Source: Calditrichia bacterium
GTDB taxonomy: Bacteria; Calditrichota; Calditrichia; RBG-13-44-9
Direction: 5' to 3'
DNA: 12,926 nucleotides
NCBI GenBank assembly: GCA_037381445.1
Contig: JARRQT010000049.1
Span: 1 to 12,926 of the forward strand
Positions 1-8,524 of this stretch are shown one piece after another. Below the pieces are notes generated by a model. It did no database searches. It worked only from the letters and a program-made list of their open reading frames with translations, and was not told where the DNA came from. Position 1 is the stretch's first letter. Every line of letters starts with the position of its first letter. Both the position numbers and the translations under genes were made by a program.

Positions 1-1800
1 TCCCTGAATATCTGCAGTGTCAATTTCTTCGGGAGTCTTGACTATCATATTGTCTTCACCTTCGCTGAACATCCTGGCAAATGCCCGGTATGATTCTAGT
101 TTTTCGGGTGTCGTTTCATCGGGAAGAATGACAACGCTTTGGGGCTGCGCGAAGATTTCGGACAAAGTGGGCGGTATTTCACTGCGATCCAGGCGCCGGA
201 ACAAATCAAAGTCTGGATCGACTGCGACTTTTGCCGGCATTTCGGAAACCGGAATCTCAAACGTCTGCCGGTTTTTTTCAAACCAGACATAAATTGTCGA
301 GTCGGCGCCGTCGTATTCCACCCTGACCGGAACATAAAGCCGATAAACCGGCTCACTCTGTTCCAGGGTCAGAACGATGTGATCATTTTGATATTCCGTA
401 TTTTTCAAATAAATTTTGGGAGCTCCGGCCCTTTCCACCCACTGTTTAAAAAACCAGGCCAGATTTTGACCGCTGATGGCTTCCGCCGCTCGCTGAATAT
501 CGGACCAGGAGGCGGCCCTGAATTTGTTGTCCCGGTAGAATTTCCGAAAACTGTCATAGAACAGGGAATCTCCGACAATCCGGCGCAGTTGATGGAAGAC
601 CATAGCGCTCTTGCCATACCCGATAGCTCGCGAAGCGCTTTCGGTCCTCTCCCTGAACTGGTTCAGGGGAAAATCATTTTTATCATTAACGTATACCGAG
701 AAGTCACGGTCAATATCGCGGCGGTATTCCATCGCGTCCTGCCGACTTTTCATCTCTTTGTAGGTATAGTCAGCATAATAGGTGGTGAGACCTTCGCACC
801 AGTTGCCGCTTTCGTAATCGACATAAACGGAGTTGCCCCACCAGTTATGGGCAATTTCATGCCCCAGTGATGTGTAGATGATGAAGGGGAGCCGAATAAC
901 CTGGCCGCCCAGCAGCGTATAGGACGGCATCCCGTATCCGGTAGGAAAAAAATTCTCGACCACCGCAAATTTGCTGAACGGATAAGCCCCGATCAATCCT
1001 TCATACATGCCCAGATAGCGCTGCGATGCCGATAAATAGGAATCGGAAAGCTCCTCCGTTTGGGGAAAGAAATAGGTGGAAACGTCCACGTTTTTATATT
1101 TTTTAGTATGGGAATTGTAATGGGCGCCGACCAGATGAATGGCATCCGCCGGGTAGCTGATGTCCCACTCCGTCTGCCGGGTTTTACCATCGGTTTGTGA
1201 TTGGACAAGTATCCCTTGCGTCAGTACAAACAGGCTGTCCGGAGAGGTAATGGTGATGTGGAATTTCTCCAGGCTGTTGAGCAGGCTGGGATACCAGAAA
1301 TAGGAAGGACTGATAAATACGCCCTTTGGCCCGATATATCCCTTCACTTGATAGGCAATATATTCTCTGGAGAATGCCGCTTTATCCACAGAATCCGTGG
1401 CGGGAATCTGATATTTTAATGTGATCTTTCCCGCAGCTAATGGCTCACGGGATTTAATTTCCAGTAGGGCGGCGCCCTTGTAGTCCTGTCGATCTGCGGA
1501 ATCGACCGGACCGGCATATTTTTCAAGATCAAAATCAGGTTTGAGTTGATAGCTGATTGTTTGGCCGGGTATTTCCACCTGGGAAATTTGTGCCTTCTTA
1601 TTCAGAAAGAATGCGATGCTGTTTTGAGGTGTTGTGGTATTAAATTCTATTTCGGCCAATATGACAGTGCTGGATTTTGCCGGATCGATCCGAACCGTCA
1701 AATTCTGTTTTTGGATTGAAAAATCCGGGGTGACTTGAGGGATAGCCAGACAATAAGATAAAAAAAGGGAAAGATAAACAAGGAAATATGGCAGTTTCAT
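1..1800 (-). CDS. M1-family (gluzincin) zinc aminopeptidase, secreted; 3'-partial
   Basis: Not in the ORF track because there is no stop in the window. Hand translation from ATG at 1800: MKLPYFLVYLSLFLSYCLA (signal-peptide-like) ... VVENFFPTGYGMPSYTLLG ... SLGHEIAHNWWGNSVYVDYESGNWCEGLTTY ... AIGYGKSAMVFHQLRRIVGD ... WFFKQWV ... VAVDPDFDLFRRL. HEIAH at 861-847. AAGGAAAGGA purine-rich RBS upstream. The frame stays open for 600 codons to position 1. Confidence 0.93.
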   Translation of the reverse strand, partial: MKLPYFLVYLSLFLSYCLAIPQVTPDFSIQKQNLTVRIDPAKSSTVILAEIEFNTTTPQNSIAFFLNKKAQISQVEIPGQTISYQLKPDFDLEKYAGPVDSADRQDYKGAALLEIKSREPLAAGKITLKYQIPATDSVDKAAFSREYIAYQVKGYIGPKGVFISPSYFWYPSLLNSLEKFHITITSPDSLFVLTQGILVQSQTDGKTRQTEWDISYPADAIHLVGAHYNSHTKKYKNVDVSTYFFPQTEELSDSYLSASQRYLGMYEGLIGAYPFSKFAVVENFFPTGYGMPSYTLLGGQVIRLPFIIYTSLGHEIAHNWWGNSVYVDYESGNWCEGLTTYYADYTYKEMKSRQDAMEYRRDIDRDFSVYVNDKNDFPLNQFRERTESASRAIGYGKSAMVFHQLRRIVGDSLFYDSFRKFYRDNKFRAASWSDIQRAAEAISGQNLAWFFKQWVERAGAPKIYLKNTEYQNDHIVLTLEQSEPVYRLYVPVRVEYDGADSTIYVWFEKNRQTFEIPVSEMPAKVAVDPDFDLFRRLDRSEIPPTLSEIFAQPQSVVILPDETTPEKLESYRAFARMFSEGEDNMIVKTPEEIDTADIQG

Positions 1801-1838
1801 CGTGCGTCCTTTCCTTATAAAGTGATTTTATTGAAGCA

Positions 1839-3167
1839 TCAGTTGGTTGCTTTTTTAAGGGCAATTTCTCCGACCTGTTTAATCAGCGGGCTGTCTTCAG
1901 GCAAATAGCGCCTCATGTAATTCCGGCTAAGGTCCCAGAATTTTTTGGCCTCCGGGGGCAATCCCCGGTAGTACGCCAGGTTCCCTTTAAACCAATAAAT
2001 ATTGGCAAGCGCCTCATCCCAATTTTCGTATTTTATCAGCATCTCGTCAGACAGGCTGTCCGCAAAATAATAACTTTTTTGTTTAACTACGTATTTTTCC
2101 GTAACCTGATATCCTTTTTGGTCATAGGGATTATTCATGAGCATTTTTCTTAATACATTTTCGGCATCTTCGGTATTTCCGTTTTCTTCATAGAAGTGAT
2201 ACAGGTCGATGTACGAATCCTGGAGGTAGGGCAGCATCTGAATGGACTCATTAATGTAATAGAGGAATTTATCCCTTTCTCCCAAGGTTTTCAGCGATTT
2301 TGCCGCCACCCGTTCGGCGTCGTATTTCAGGTATACATCCGAAGGCAAAAAATATTTCAGGGATTGAAGCGCATAATTATAGGCTTGGGTATACTGCTTT
2401 TTCTGATAGTTGATTTCGGCAAGACGGAAAAAAGGAATGGCATCCTTCGCATTGCTTTCGATATTTTTCCGGTAATATTTCTCGGCAAGATCGGGCTGAC
2501 CGGAGTTCAGATAATAGTCCCCCAGCCAGCGGTAGATATAGGGACTCTTCAATCCCAGATTTTCTGCCTGAATATAATTGGAAAATATTTTTTCTTCTAG
2601 GTCTTTAATATCGTCTTTCTGAACAAAATCGAAATCGCTCAAATCACGCAACTGTATGTCATAGTAATCACCAAGCAGTTTATAGGCGCGGGCATAATTA
2701 GTGTACGATTGGATAATGTTCTGCAATAGCCGCTGGGGATAGCGCAGCCGGGCGATTTTCACGTTGCCGAGGCTGTCGGATTCGCTTCTTTTTAAGGCGC
2801 TGTTGTTGTCCCTGAGATAAAAAATCTCGTAATTTTCATGACGGTAATAATGCTGCAGGCCATTTCGGATCATCCATAAGAGATAAAAAGGCTTCATTCC
2901 TTCCTGCTGGATTCTTTCTTCCAGCATAATCTGTGCGGTTGCGTATTGTTCCTGTTGGATCAGATCCTGCACCTGCTGGACAAAAAAAGTGCTGTCTGTT
3001 TTGGCGGCATCCTGGGCGAGGGCGTTGCTTTGAAGAGAGGCCATCAGCAAAATTGCGCTGATGATGAGAACTGTCTTAAGGAGGAAGGTGCTTTGGCAAT
3101 CTCTTCCAAAAAATCTGCAAATAGTGCTAAAAAATCCTAATATTTTAGTATTTCTCGAGGTGATCAT
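1839..3167 (-). CDS. Tetratricopeptide-repeat protein, probably exported
   Basis: 442-aa ORF with TPR-like units (YIYRWLGDYYLNSGQPDLAEKYYRKNIE; PFFRLAEINYQKKQYTQAYNYALQSL; IYWFKGNLAYYRGLPPEAKKFWD). A hydrophobic stretch ending ALA-QD resembles a signal peptide. Start codon uncertain. Confidence 0.8.
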   Translation of the reverse strand: MITSRNTKILGFFSTICRFFGRDCQSTFLLKTVLIISAILLMASLQSNALAQDAAKTDSTFFVQQVQDLIQQEQYATAQIMLEERIQQEGMKPFYLLWMIRNGLQHYYRHENYEIFYLRDNNSALKRSESDSLGNVKIARLRYPQRLLQNIIQSYTNYARAYKLLGDYYDIQLRDLSDFDFVQKDDIKDLEEKIFSNYIQAENLGLKSPYIYRWLGDYYLNSGQPDLAEKYYRKNIESNAKDAIPFFRLAEINYQKKQYTQAYNYALQSLKYFLPSDVYLKYDAERVAAKSLKTLGERDKFLYYINESIQMLPYLQDSYIDLYHFYEENGNTEDAENVLRKMLMNNPYDQKGYQVTEKYVVKQKSYYFADSLSDEMLIKYENWDEALANIYWFKGNLAYYRGLPPEAKKFWDLSRNYMRRYLPEDSPLIKQVGEIALKKATN

Positions 3168-3337
3168 AAAAATAACTCTTTATGTGTTTTCCTGGTCATG
3201 TGCCAAGATGCGTTGTTTTGGGTAATTAAATCCGATACAATAGTTTGATAAATAAACAAATTCCCAATTGCAAATCCCAACTGCGCAGGGATTGCGATTC
3301 CCGATACCGGTAAACATGCATTTAATTTTTCGGGATT

Positions 3338-3820
3338 TTACTGTTTGTAACCAAATTTTCGGAGCAGTTCTTTTCGTTCCGCTATGTCCTTTTCTGTTTC
3401 AATGCCGAGCGGTGTTTCACCGTCGATAACACCAATGACGCCCCTTCCTTTTTCCGTCTCGGAAATCAGCACCTGTACCGGATTGGCGGTGGCGCAAAAA
3501 ATTCTGCACACTTCCGGGACCATCTTTATACTGTTCAGCATATTGATGGGAAAAGCGCCATCGATAAAAATAATAAAAGAATGACCGGCGCCGATCTCCA
3601 TGGCATTCTTCTTCGCCAGTTCAATCAGCTTCTCGTCATTGCCTGTCCAGCGCACCAGCCTGGCCTGGGATGCTTCACAAAATGCGATTCCGAATTTTAC
3701 GCCCGGGACGCTCTGCACCACCGCTTCATACAGATCTTCAACCGTTTTAATGAAATGACTATGTCCCAGAATAAAATTCAGATCTTCGGATTTTTGTATA
3801 TCCACGATTTTGAGCTGCAT
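3338..3820 (-). CDS. Adenosine-specific kinase family protein (DUF355)
   Basis: Characteristic [57 protein letters not shown] and C-terminal LLRKFGYK motifs. Strong AAGGAGG RBS at 3832-3826. Confidence 0.9.
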   Translation of the reverse strand: MQLKIVDIQKSEDLNFILGHSHFIKTVEDLYEAVVQSVPGVKFGIAFCEASQARLVRWTGNDEKLIELAKKNAMEIGAGHSFIIFIDGAFPINMLNSIKMVPEVCRIFCATANPVQVLISETEKGRGVIGVIDGETPLGIETEKDIAERKELLRKFGYKQ

Positions 3821-3825
3821 GAGTG

Positions 3826-3832
3826 CCTCCTT
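3826..3832 (-). promoter_or_regulatory. Shine-Dalgarno site for the DUF355 gene
   Basis: Minus strand AAGGAGG-CACTC-ATG, with the ATG at 3820. Confidence 0.8.
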
Positions 3833-3932
3833 TGCGGTTCACCGTTCTTGTCGCGATTCAAATTTAAGTATTATAATCCCCATATGCAATGGCGATAAGA
3901 AGGCCTCTCTCTATTTTTAGATCGATTTGATT

Positions 3933-4688
3933 TTAATTCCCCGAGAAATCCCTGATTCTTAATTCTCCCGAATTGATCTTCTCATTGACTTCCGAATACT
4001 GCTCTCTGGTGCCGAGGTCAATCCATGTTCCGGAGTGGAGAAATGCGCCGATTTCCTGGCCTTTCTGAATTGCGGGTTGATAAAAATCCGTAATGACCGA
4101 TGAAAAACGGGGATGCAAATATGCGCGGGCTTCCGGAGTCAGTATCTGGTAACCGGTGAAAATGCCGGTTTTCAAATTAGTGGGAACCGCTTGTCCCTTT
4201 CCTAAAAAACCCCGAACATTATAAGCATCATCGAGAAGGACCAGGCTGTAATCATTGTTGTTCTGCGACGGGAAAACCGCCATGCTGGCGATCGATTGTT
4301 TCCGGGGGTGGAATGAAAAAAATTCCCCGACATACATATCAGTCAAAACATCTGAATTTATCACCAGGATGGTCTCATTCTCAAAAAATCTTTCCGCGAG
4401 GGCAATTCCGCCGCCCGTGCCCAGAATGTTTTCCTCTTTGCTGAAAAGGATTTTCGGATTCCGGTAAGTGGAATGCTCCAGGTGTTTTTTGATCTTTTCT
4501 CCCTGGTGGTGAAGGTTGATCACAATCCTCTCCATACCTTCGTTTGCCAGTTTAATCAGCAGCATGTCCAGCAGCGTGGAACCGCCCAGCGGTAGAAGGC
4601 ACTTGGGAAGATTACTGGTTAGATTACCCATTCTTTTTCCGTAACCGGCTGCCAGAATCATTGCTGTTTTTATCCTGTTTTGAAACAT
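3933..4688 (-). CDS. Sugar-phosphate nucleotidyltransferase (NTP_transferase family, MurU/mannose-1-P guanylyltransferase-like, no C-terminal beta-helix)
   Basis: AMILAAGYGKRM..LT...PKCLLP signature, E..ILGTGGG, LVINSDV and WIDLGT motifs. 251 aa. Substrate cannot be assigned from sequence. Confidence 0.88.
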   Translation of the reverse strand: MFQNRIKTAMILAAGYGKRMGNLTSNLPKCLLPLGGSTLLDMLLIKLANEGMERIVINLHHQGEKIKKHLEHSTYRNPKILFSKEENILGTGGGIALAERFFENETILVINSDVLTDMYVGEFFSFHPRKQSIASMAVFPSQNNNDYSLVLLDDAYNVRGFLGKGQAVPTNLKTGIFTGYQILTPEARAYLHPRFSSVITDFYQPAIQKGQEIGAFLHSGTWIDLGTREQYSEVNEKINSGELRIRDFSGN

Positions 4689-4811
4689 AGCCCTGTAAAT
4701 ACCTGCTCAAATGATGATTCAACTGAAATGCCGGGAGACAATTCCATTGCATTAAAACTAATCGAATCCTATATTCTGATTAAAAATTTTTAAAATCAAG
4801 GGAATAAAATC

Positions 4812-5759
4812 ATGAAACGAATTCTGGTTACCGGCGGCGCGGGATTTTTGGGTTCCCATCTGTGCGAGCGATTGTTGAATCAGGGAAATGATGTGATTTG
4901 CCTCGATAATTTTTTTACAGGGACTAAGAGAAATATCTTGCATTTGCTCGATAATCACCGCTTTGAACTGATCCGTCACGATATCACAGAACCAATTTTG
5001 CTGGAGGTGGATCAAATTTACCATTTTGCATGTCCGGCCTCCCCGATTCATTATCAGTATAATCCCGTCAAAACCATCAAAACCAGTGTGATGGGGACCA
5101 TTCACATGCTGGGTATGGCTAAACGGGTGAAAGCCCGCATCCTGCAGGCGTCCACATCCGAGGTCTATGGTGATCCCAAAGTCCACCCTCAAACTGAAGA
5201 CTACTGGGGACATGTCAACCCGATCGGCATCCGCAGCTGTTATGATGAAGGGAAGCGGGTGGCCGAAACCCTGATGATGGACTACCACCGCCAGAATAAA
5301 GTGGATATCCGCATTATCAGGATTTTCAATACCTATGGTCCCCGCATGGCGCCCAATGACGGACGGGTTGTGAGTAATTTCATTCTGCAGGCCCTCAGGG
5401 GTGAGGACATCACGGTGTTTGGTGAAGGAAATCAAACCCGCGCATTTTGTTATGTTGATGACCTGATTGAGGGCGCTATTCGCATGATGAATACCGATGG
5501 TTTTATTGGTCCGGTTAACCTGGGTAATCCGGGAGAATTTACTATTCTCCAATTGGCTGAAAAAATTATTGAATTAATCGGGTCGCACTCAAAAATTGTG
5601 CATAATCCGCTTCCCAAAGATGACCCCACCCAAAGGAAACCCGACATCTCCCTGGCAAAGGAAAAACTGAAATGGGAACCCACTATCAAACTGGAAGAGG
5701 GTCTAAAGAAGACAATTAACTACTTCGAAAAGTTGCTATGCGGACAGCCGATCATCTGA
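4812..5759 (+). CDS. uxs: UDP-glucuronic acid decarboxylase (UDP-xylose synthase), extended SDR
   Basis: [18 protein letters not shown] motif, [20 protein letters not shown], catalytic YDEGK (YxxxK), [20 protein letters not shown] and [10 protein letters not shown], all typical of UXS-type enzymes. Confidence 0.93.
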   Translation: MKRILVTGGAGFLGSHLCERLLNQGNDVICLDNFFTGTKRNILHLLDNHRFELIRHDITEPILLEVDQIYHFACPASPIHYQYNPVKTIKTSVMGTIHMLGMAKRVKARILQASTSEVYGDPKVHPQTEDYWGHVNPIGIRSCYDEGKRVAETLMMDYHRQNKVDIRIIRIFNTYGPRMAPNDGRVVSNFILQALRGEDITVFGEGNQTRAFCYVDDLIEGAIRMMNTDGFIGPVNLGNPGEFTILQLAEKIIELIGSHSKIVHNPLPKDDPTQRKPDISLAKEKLKWEPTIKLEEGLKKTINYFEKLLCGQPII

Positions 5760-5817
5760 ATCTAGATTAAATTGGTCATTTTTGTGATTGGGAGAGCAAA
5801 ACAGGAACAGAGATGGT

Positions 5818-6744
5818 ATGAGCGAATTTAAAATTGGTCATTATACTAATCTGAACGCCGGAACAGGCTGCACGGTAATCGTTTGTCCCGAAGGCACAAA
5901 AGCTTCTGCCTGTGCGCGGGGCATCGCGCCGGGGACCCGGGAGTTCGCGCTCCTCTCGCCATTCCGCAAGGTTGAAGAGATAGACGGCCTGCTCCTGACC
6001 GGCGGCAGCGCCTTTGGCCTGGATGCCGCCGCGGGTGTTATGCGCTATTTTGCGGAACAGGGCAGGGGGCATGATACGCCGTTCCGAAAAATTCCGATCG
6101 TGCCGGCGGCTGTGATATACGATTTATATATGATCAATTCCGAATCTTTCCCCGTCGCTGAAGATGCCTACGGCGCCTGTCAGCAGGCCCGGAGCGGAAA
6201 TATGATGCAGGGAAATGTAGGGGTTGGCACCGGGGCTACGGTCGGGAAATGGGCCGGACTGGAATACGCGATGAAAGGCGGCCTGGGTCTTGCCAGAGTC
6301 GAATTCAATGGTATCTGGGTGGAAACACTGACCGTCACTAATTCCGTAGGGGACGTGATTGATGGAGAGGGAAAAATTCTGGCGGGGGCCCGGAAAAACG
6401 GAAAATTCCTGGCAGCAGACGATCCCAAAATACGCTGGCTTCCCCGGGAAGAAATCCGGGACATGAACACCGTCCTGGCGGCGGTGATGACCAACGTCAA
6501 TCTGACCAAATCGCAATTGTATTATCTGGCGGAAAGAGCTCACAATGGAATCGTGCGCACAATTTTGCCTGCCCATACCAGCTTCGATGGTGATGTGGTT
6601 TTCGCGCTATCCAGGGGAGAACGTCCGGTGCAAATTGATCTGATTACCGAGATGGCGGTGGAAGCCACTGGGCAGGCCATCATGAGCGGCGTCAGAGCGG
6701 CCGAATCGCTGGGGGGAGCCGAGGGGTTGAAAACAATTTCCTGA
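5818..6744 (+). CDS. P1/S58 (DmpA/NylC superfamily) self-processing peptidase/amidase
   Basis: KIGH...TGCTVI, APGTRE, LLTGGSAFGLDAA, PIVPAAVIYDL, GNVGVGTGATVGK, N-T site (MNTV) and PAHTSFDGDVVF. ATG 5818 preferred over TTG 5788 because the family-like sequence begins there. Confidence 0.9.
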   Translation: MSEFKIGHYTNLNAGTGCTVIVCPEGTKASACARGIAPGTREFALLSPFRKVEEIDGLLLTGGSAFGLDAAAGVMRYFAEQGRGHDTPFRKIPIVPAAVIYDLYMINSESFPVAEDAYGACQQARSGNMMQGNVGVGTGATVGKWAGLEYAMKGGLGLARVEFNGIWVETLTVTNSVGDVIDGEGKILAGARKNGKFLAADDPKIRWLPREEIRDMNTVLAAVMTNVNLTKSQLYYLAERAHNGIVRTILPAHTSFDGDVVFALSRGERPVQIDLITEMAVEATGQAIMSGVRAAESLGGAEGLKTIS

Positions 6745-7017
6745 AACCGCCGTTATGCTCCGGTCGGCATGCGTCTGCGATAAATTTGGCATTCAAATCA
6801 CAGATGAATAATTTTTCGGCAGGGAAGTTCATCCCGCCAAAATGCAACTATTTTTGGGGAAAAAGATTAAAGTAAAACTGAAATTTTTGTGGTTCTGAGG
6901 TAATTAGTTATTTAATGGAATTTTTTCGGGGCTTTGGGTTTCCCGATCGTGTTCTATATATCTGACGGGATGCGTCATATCCCATTTTCATAAAAAATTT
7001 CCTTTTTTGAGGAATCC

Positions 7018-8001
7018 ATGCAGATTCATTCGCAAAAATATCGTTTCGGCATCTTTATCATTGTAAGCTCCATTGCTATTTTGATTTTTCTGGCAATTAT
7101 TACCAGCCAGAAATTTTTAAAGAAGGAAGATATCTATTACATCGCCTATGAGGATGTGTCCGTCAGCGGTCTGGAGGTGGGGAGTCCGGTAAAATATCTG
7201 GGCATCAACGTGGGCAGCGTAGAAGCAATCCAGATTGACCCTCATAATGTAAACCGCGTTCTTATTACCGTGACGCTGGAAAAAGACACTCCCATAAAAA
7301 AGGATGCACGGGCTGATATTGCCAGCATTGGCATTACCGGCCTGAAAATGATAGAAATTCGCGGTGGCACCAACGATGCCCCGCTTCTGAAAACGGGAGG
7401 ATTTATTCGCGCAGGGACATCAACTACCGCCCAGATCACCGGTAAAGCCGAGATTATTGCGAATAAGCTTGAGCAGGTGCTCAATAACATCAGCGTTTTT
7501 ACGCAGCCGCAAAACATGAACAAGATTATCCACACGGTTGATGAAATATCCCGTACTTTCAACAACATGAACCAGATCCTTTCGGAAAACCGTGAAAATC
7601 TGAAATCAACCATTTTGATAAGCACCAGGGCTGCCGCTCAACTGGACAGCATGTCTGCCAGATTAAATTTTACTTCCCGCCGACTGGAGCAGATAGTTTC
7701 CAGCGACACGGTCCGGGATATACTGGTGAACACCCATGATATTTCGATGCAGTTGAAAAAAGCAAATCTGGTCGATCTTATCAGGCAGATGGGCACCATG
7801 ATTGAACGCACCAACGTGATTTTGAGTCAGGTGGACAGCGACCTTTCGGAAGGGAGTGACACATTCAACCAGAGTATGGAAAAGCTGCAGGAAAGCCTGG
7901 AGAATCTCGACGCCGCAACCCGCCTGATCAGCCAGGACCCGTCGGTTCTGATACGCGGAACGAAGCCTGCGGAAATTCCCGATAAAAACCTGGAGCCATA
8001 A
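7018..8001 (+). CDS. mlaD: MCE/MlaD-family substrate-binding protein with long helical C-terminus
   Basis: N-terminal TM anchor, MCE motif SVSGLEVGSPVKYLGINVGSV, ITGLKMIEI, amphipathic helical region and terminal DPSVLIRG. GAGG RBS upstream. Confidence 0.9.
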   Translation: MQIHSQKYRFGIFIIVSSIAILIFLAIITSQKFLKKEDIYYIAYEDVSVSGLEVGSPVKYLGINVGSVEAIQIDPHNVNRVLITVTLEKDTPIKKDARADIASIGITGLKMIEIRGGTNDAPLLKTGGFIRAGTSTTAQITGKAEIIANKLEQVLNNISVFTQPQNMNKIIHTVDEISRTFNNMNQILSENRENLKSTILISTRAAAQLDSMSARLNFTSRRLEQIVSSDTVRDILVNTHDISMQLKKANLVDLIRQMGTMIERTNVILSQVDSDLSEGSDTFNQSMEKLQESLENLDAATRLISQDPSVLIRGTKPAEIPDKNLEP

Positions 8002-8107
8002 ATGTGCAGCCGATACCTCCGGTGCCGTCAGGCGGCCGCTGACAGATGAGAGCTGCGTCATACTTCCGCCAGCCATTTCGCCTGTTTTTGCATCCACGAA
8101 AATTGCG

Positions 8108-8524
8108 GTGAGGACCAGATCCAACGAAATTTCATATTTTTATTATCATCACTGGGCGGTAACCCCGCAGGAAGCAATTACAAATTTTATACAGAGTGAG
8201 GTTCGCAACGCTTCATTATTCGCCGCGAGCGGAAGCCGGGGCTGGCGCATTAACAACGCCTACCGCATTGGGTCGACAGTCGAATATCTGGAATATCTGG
8301 AACAAGGTGATAATGCTTCCGCCCATTTGCAGATGAAGTTCACTTTTATGCGCACCTCGGACGGAGAAGAGCTGTACGCCCATGATTTCAACCGCACGGT
8401 CCGGTTGAGAAGCAAAAATTTGAATGAATTCGCAGCGGTGATCAGCAAGGTTTTAGGTGATGAAATGAATGTTTTCCTGGATGGCATTCAAAATTATCTG
8501 GTGGAAGCAAAGTCAGGCTCCTGA
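8108..8524 (+). CDS. PqiC-like ABC-type transport auxiliary component; apparently 5'-truncated
   Basis: KIAVRTRSNEISYFYYHHWAVTP matches the 'I..R....l.yy....WA..P' pattern of ABC_trans_aux/PqiC proteins. Located in an MCE operon, with its stop overlapping the next ATG (TGATG, 8522-8526). The frame is open from 7952 but has no ATG or lipobox upstream. Confidence 0.7.
   Translation: MRTRSNEISYFYYHHWAVTPQEAITNFIQSEVRNASLFAASGSRGWRINNAYRIGSTVEYLEYLEQGDNASAHLQMKFTFMRTSDGEELYAHDFNRTVRLRSKNLNEFAAVISKVLGDEMNVFLDGIQNYLVEAKSGS

Noticed and set aside
17..1864. Track ORFs 17-292, 96-356, 139-870, 405-617, 750-968, 993-1208, 1201-1419 and 1640-1864
   Set aside because: All are antisense or off-frame shadows of the M1 peptidase at 1800-1, with no recognisable motifs.
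3270..3296. Imperfect hairpin GCAAATCCC...GGGATTGC downstream of the DUF355 gene
   Set aside because: Bulged stem with no immediately adjacent U-tract; too weak to call a terminator or REP element.
4758..5552. 264-aa antisense ORF over the UDP-glucuronate decarboxylase
   Set aside because: It lies opposite a highly conserved gene and has no motifs; typical shadow ORF.
6745..7017. Several short hairpins in the region upstream of mlaD (e.g. GGCAGGGA/TCCCGCC, GGGAT/ATCCC)
   Set aside because: No riboswitch or ncRNA consensus recognised, and no convincing terminator U-tract.
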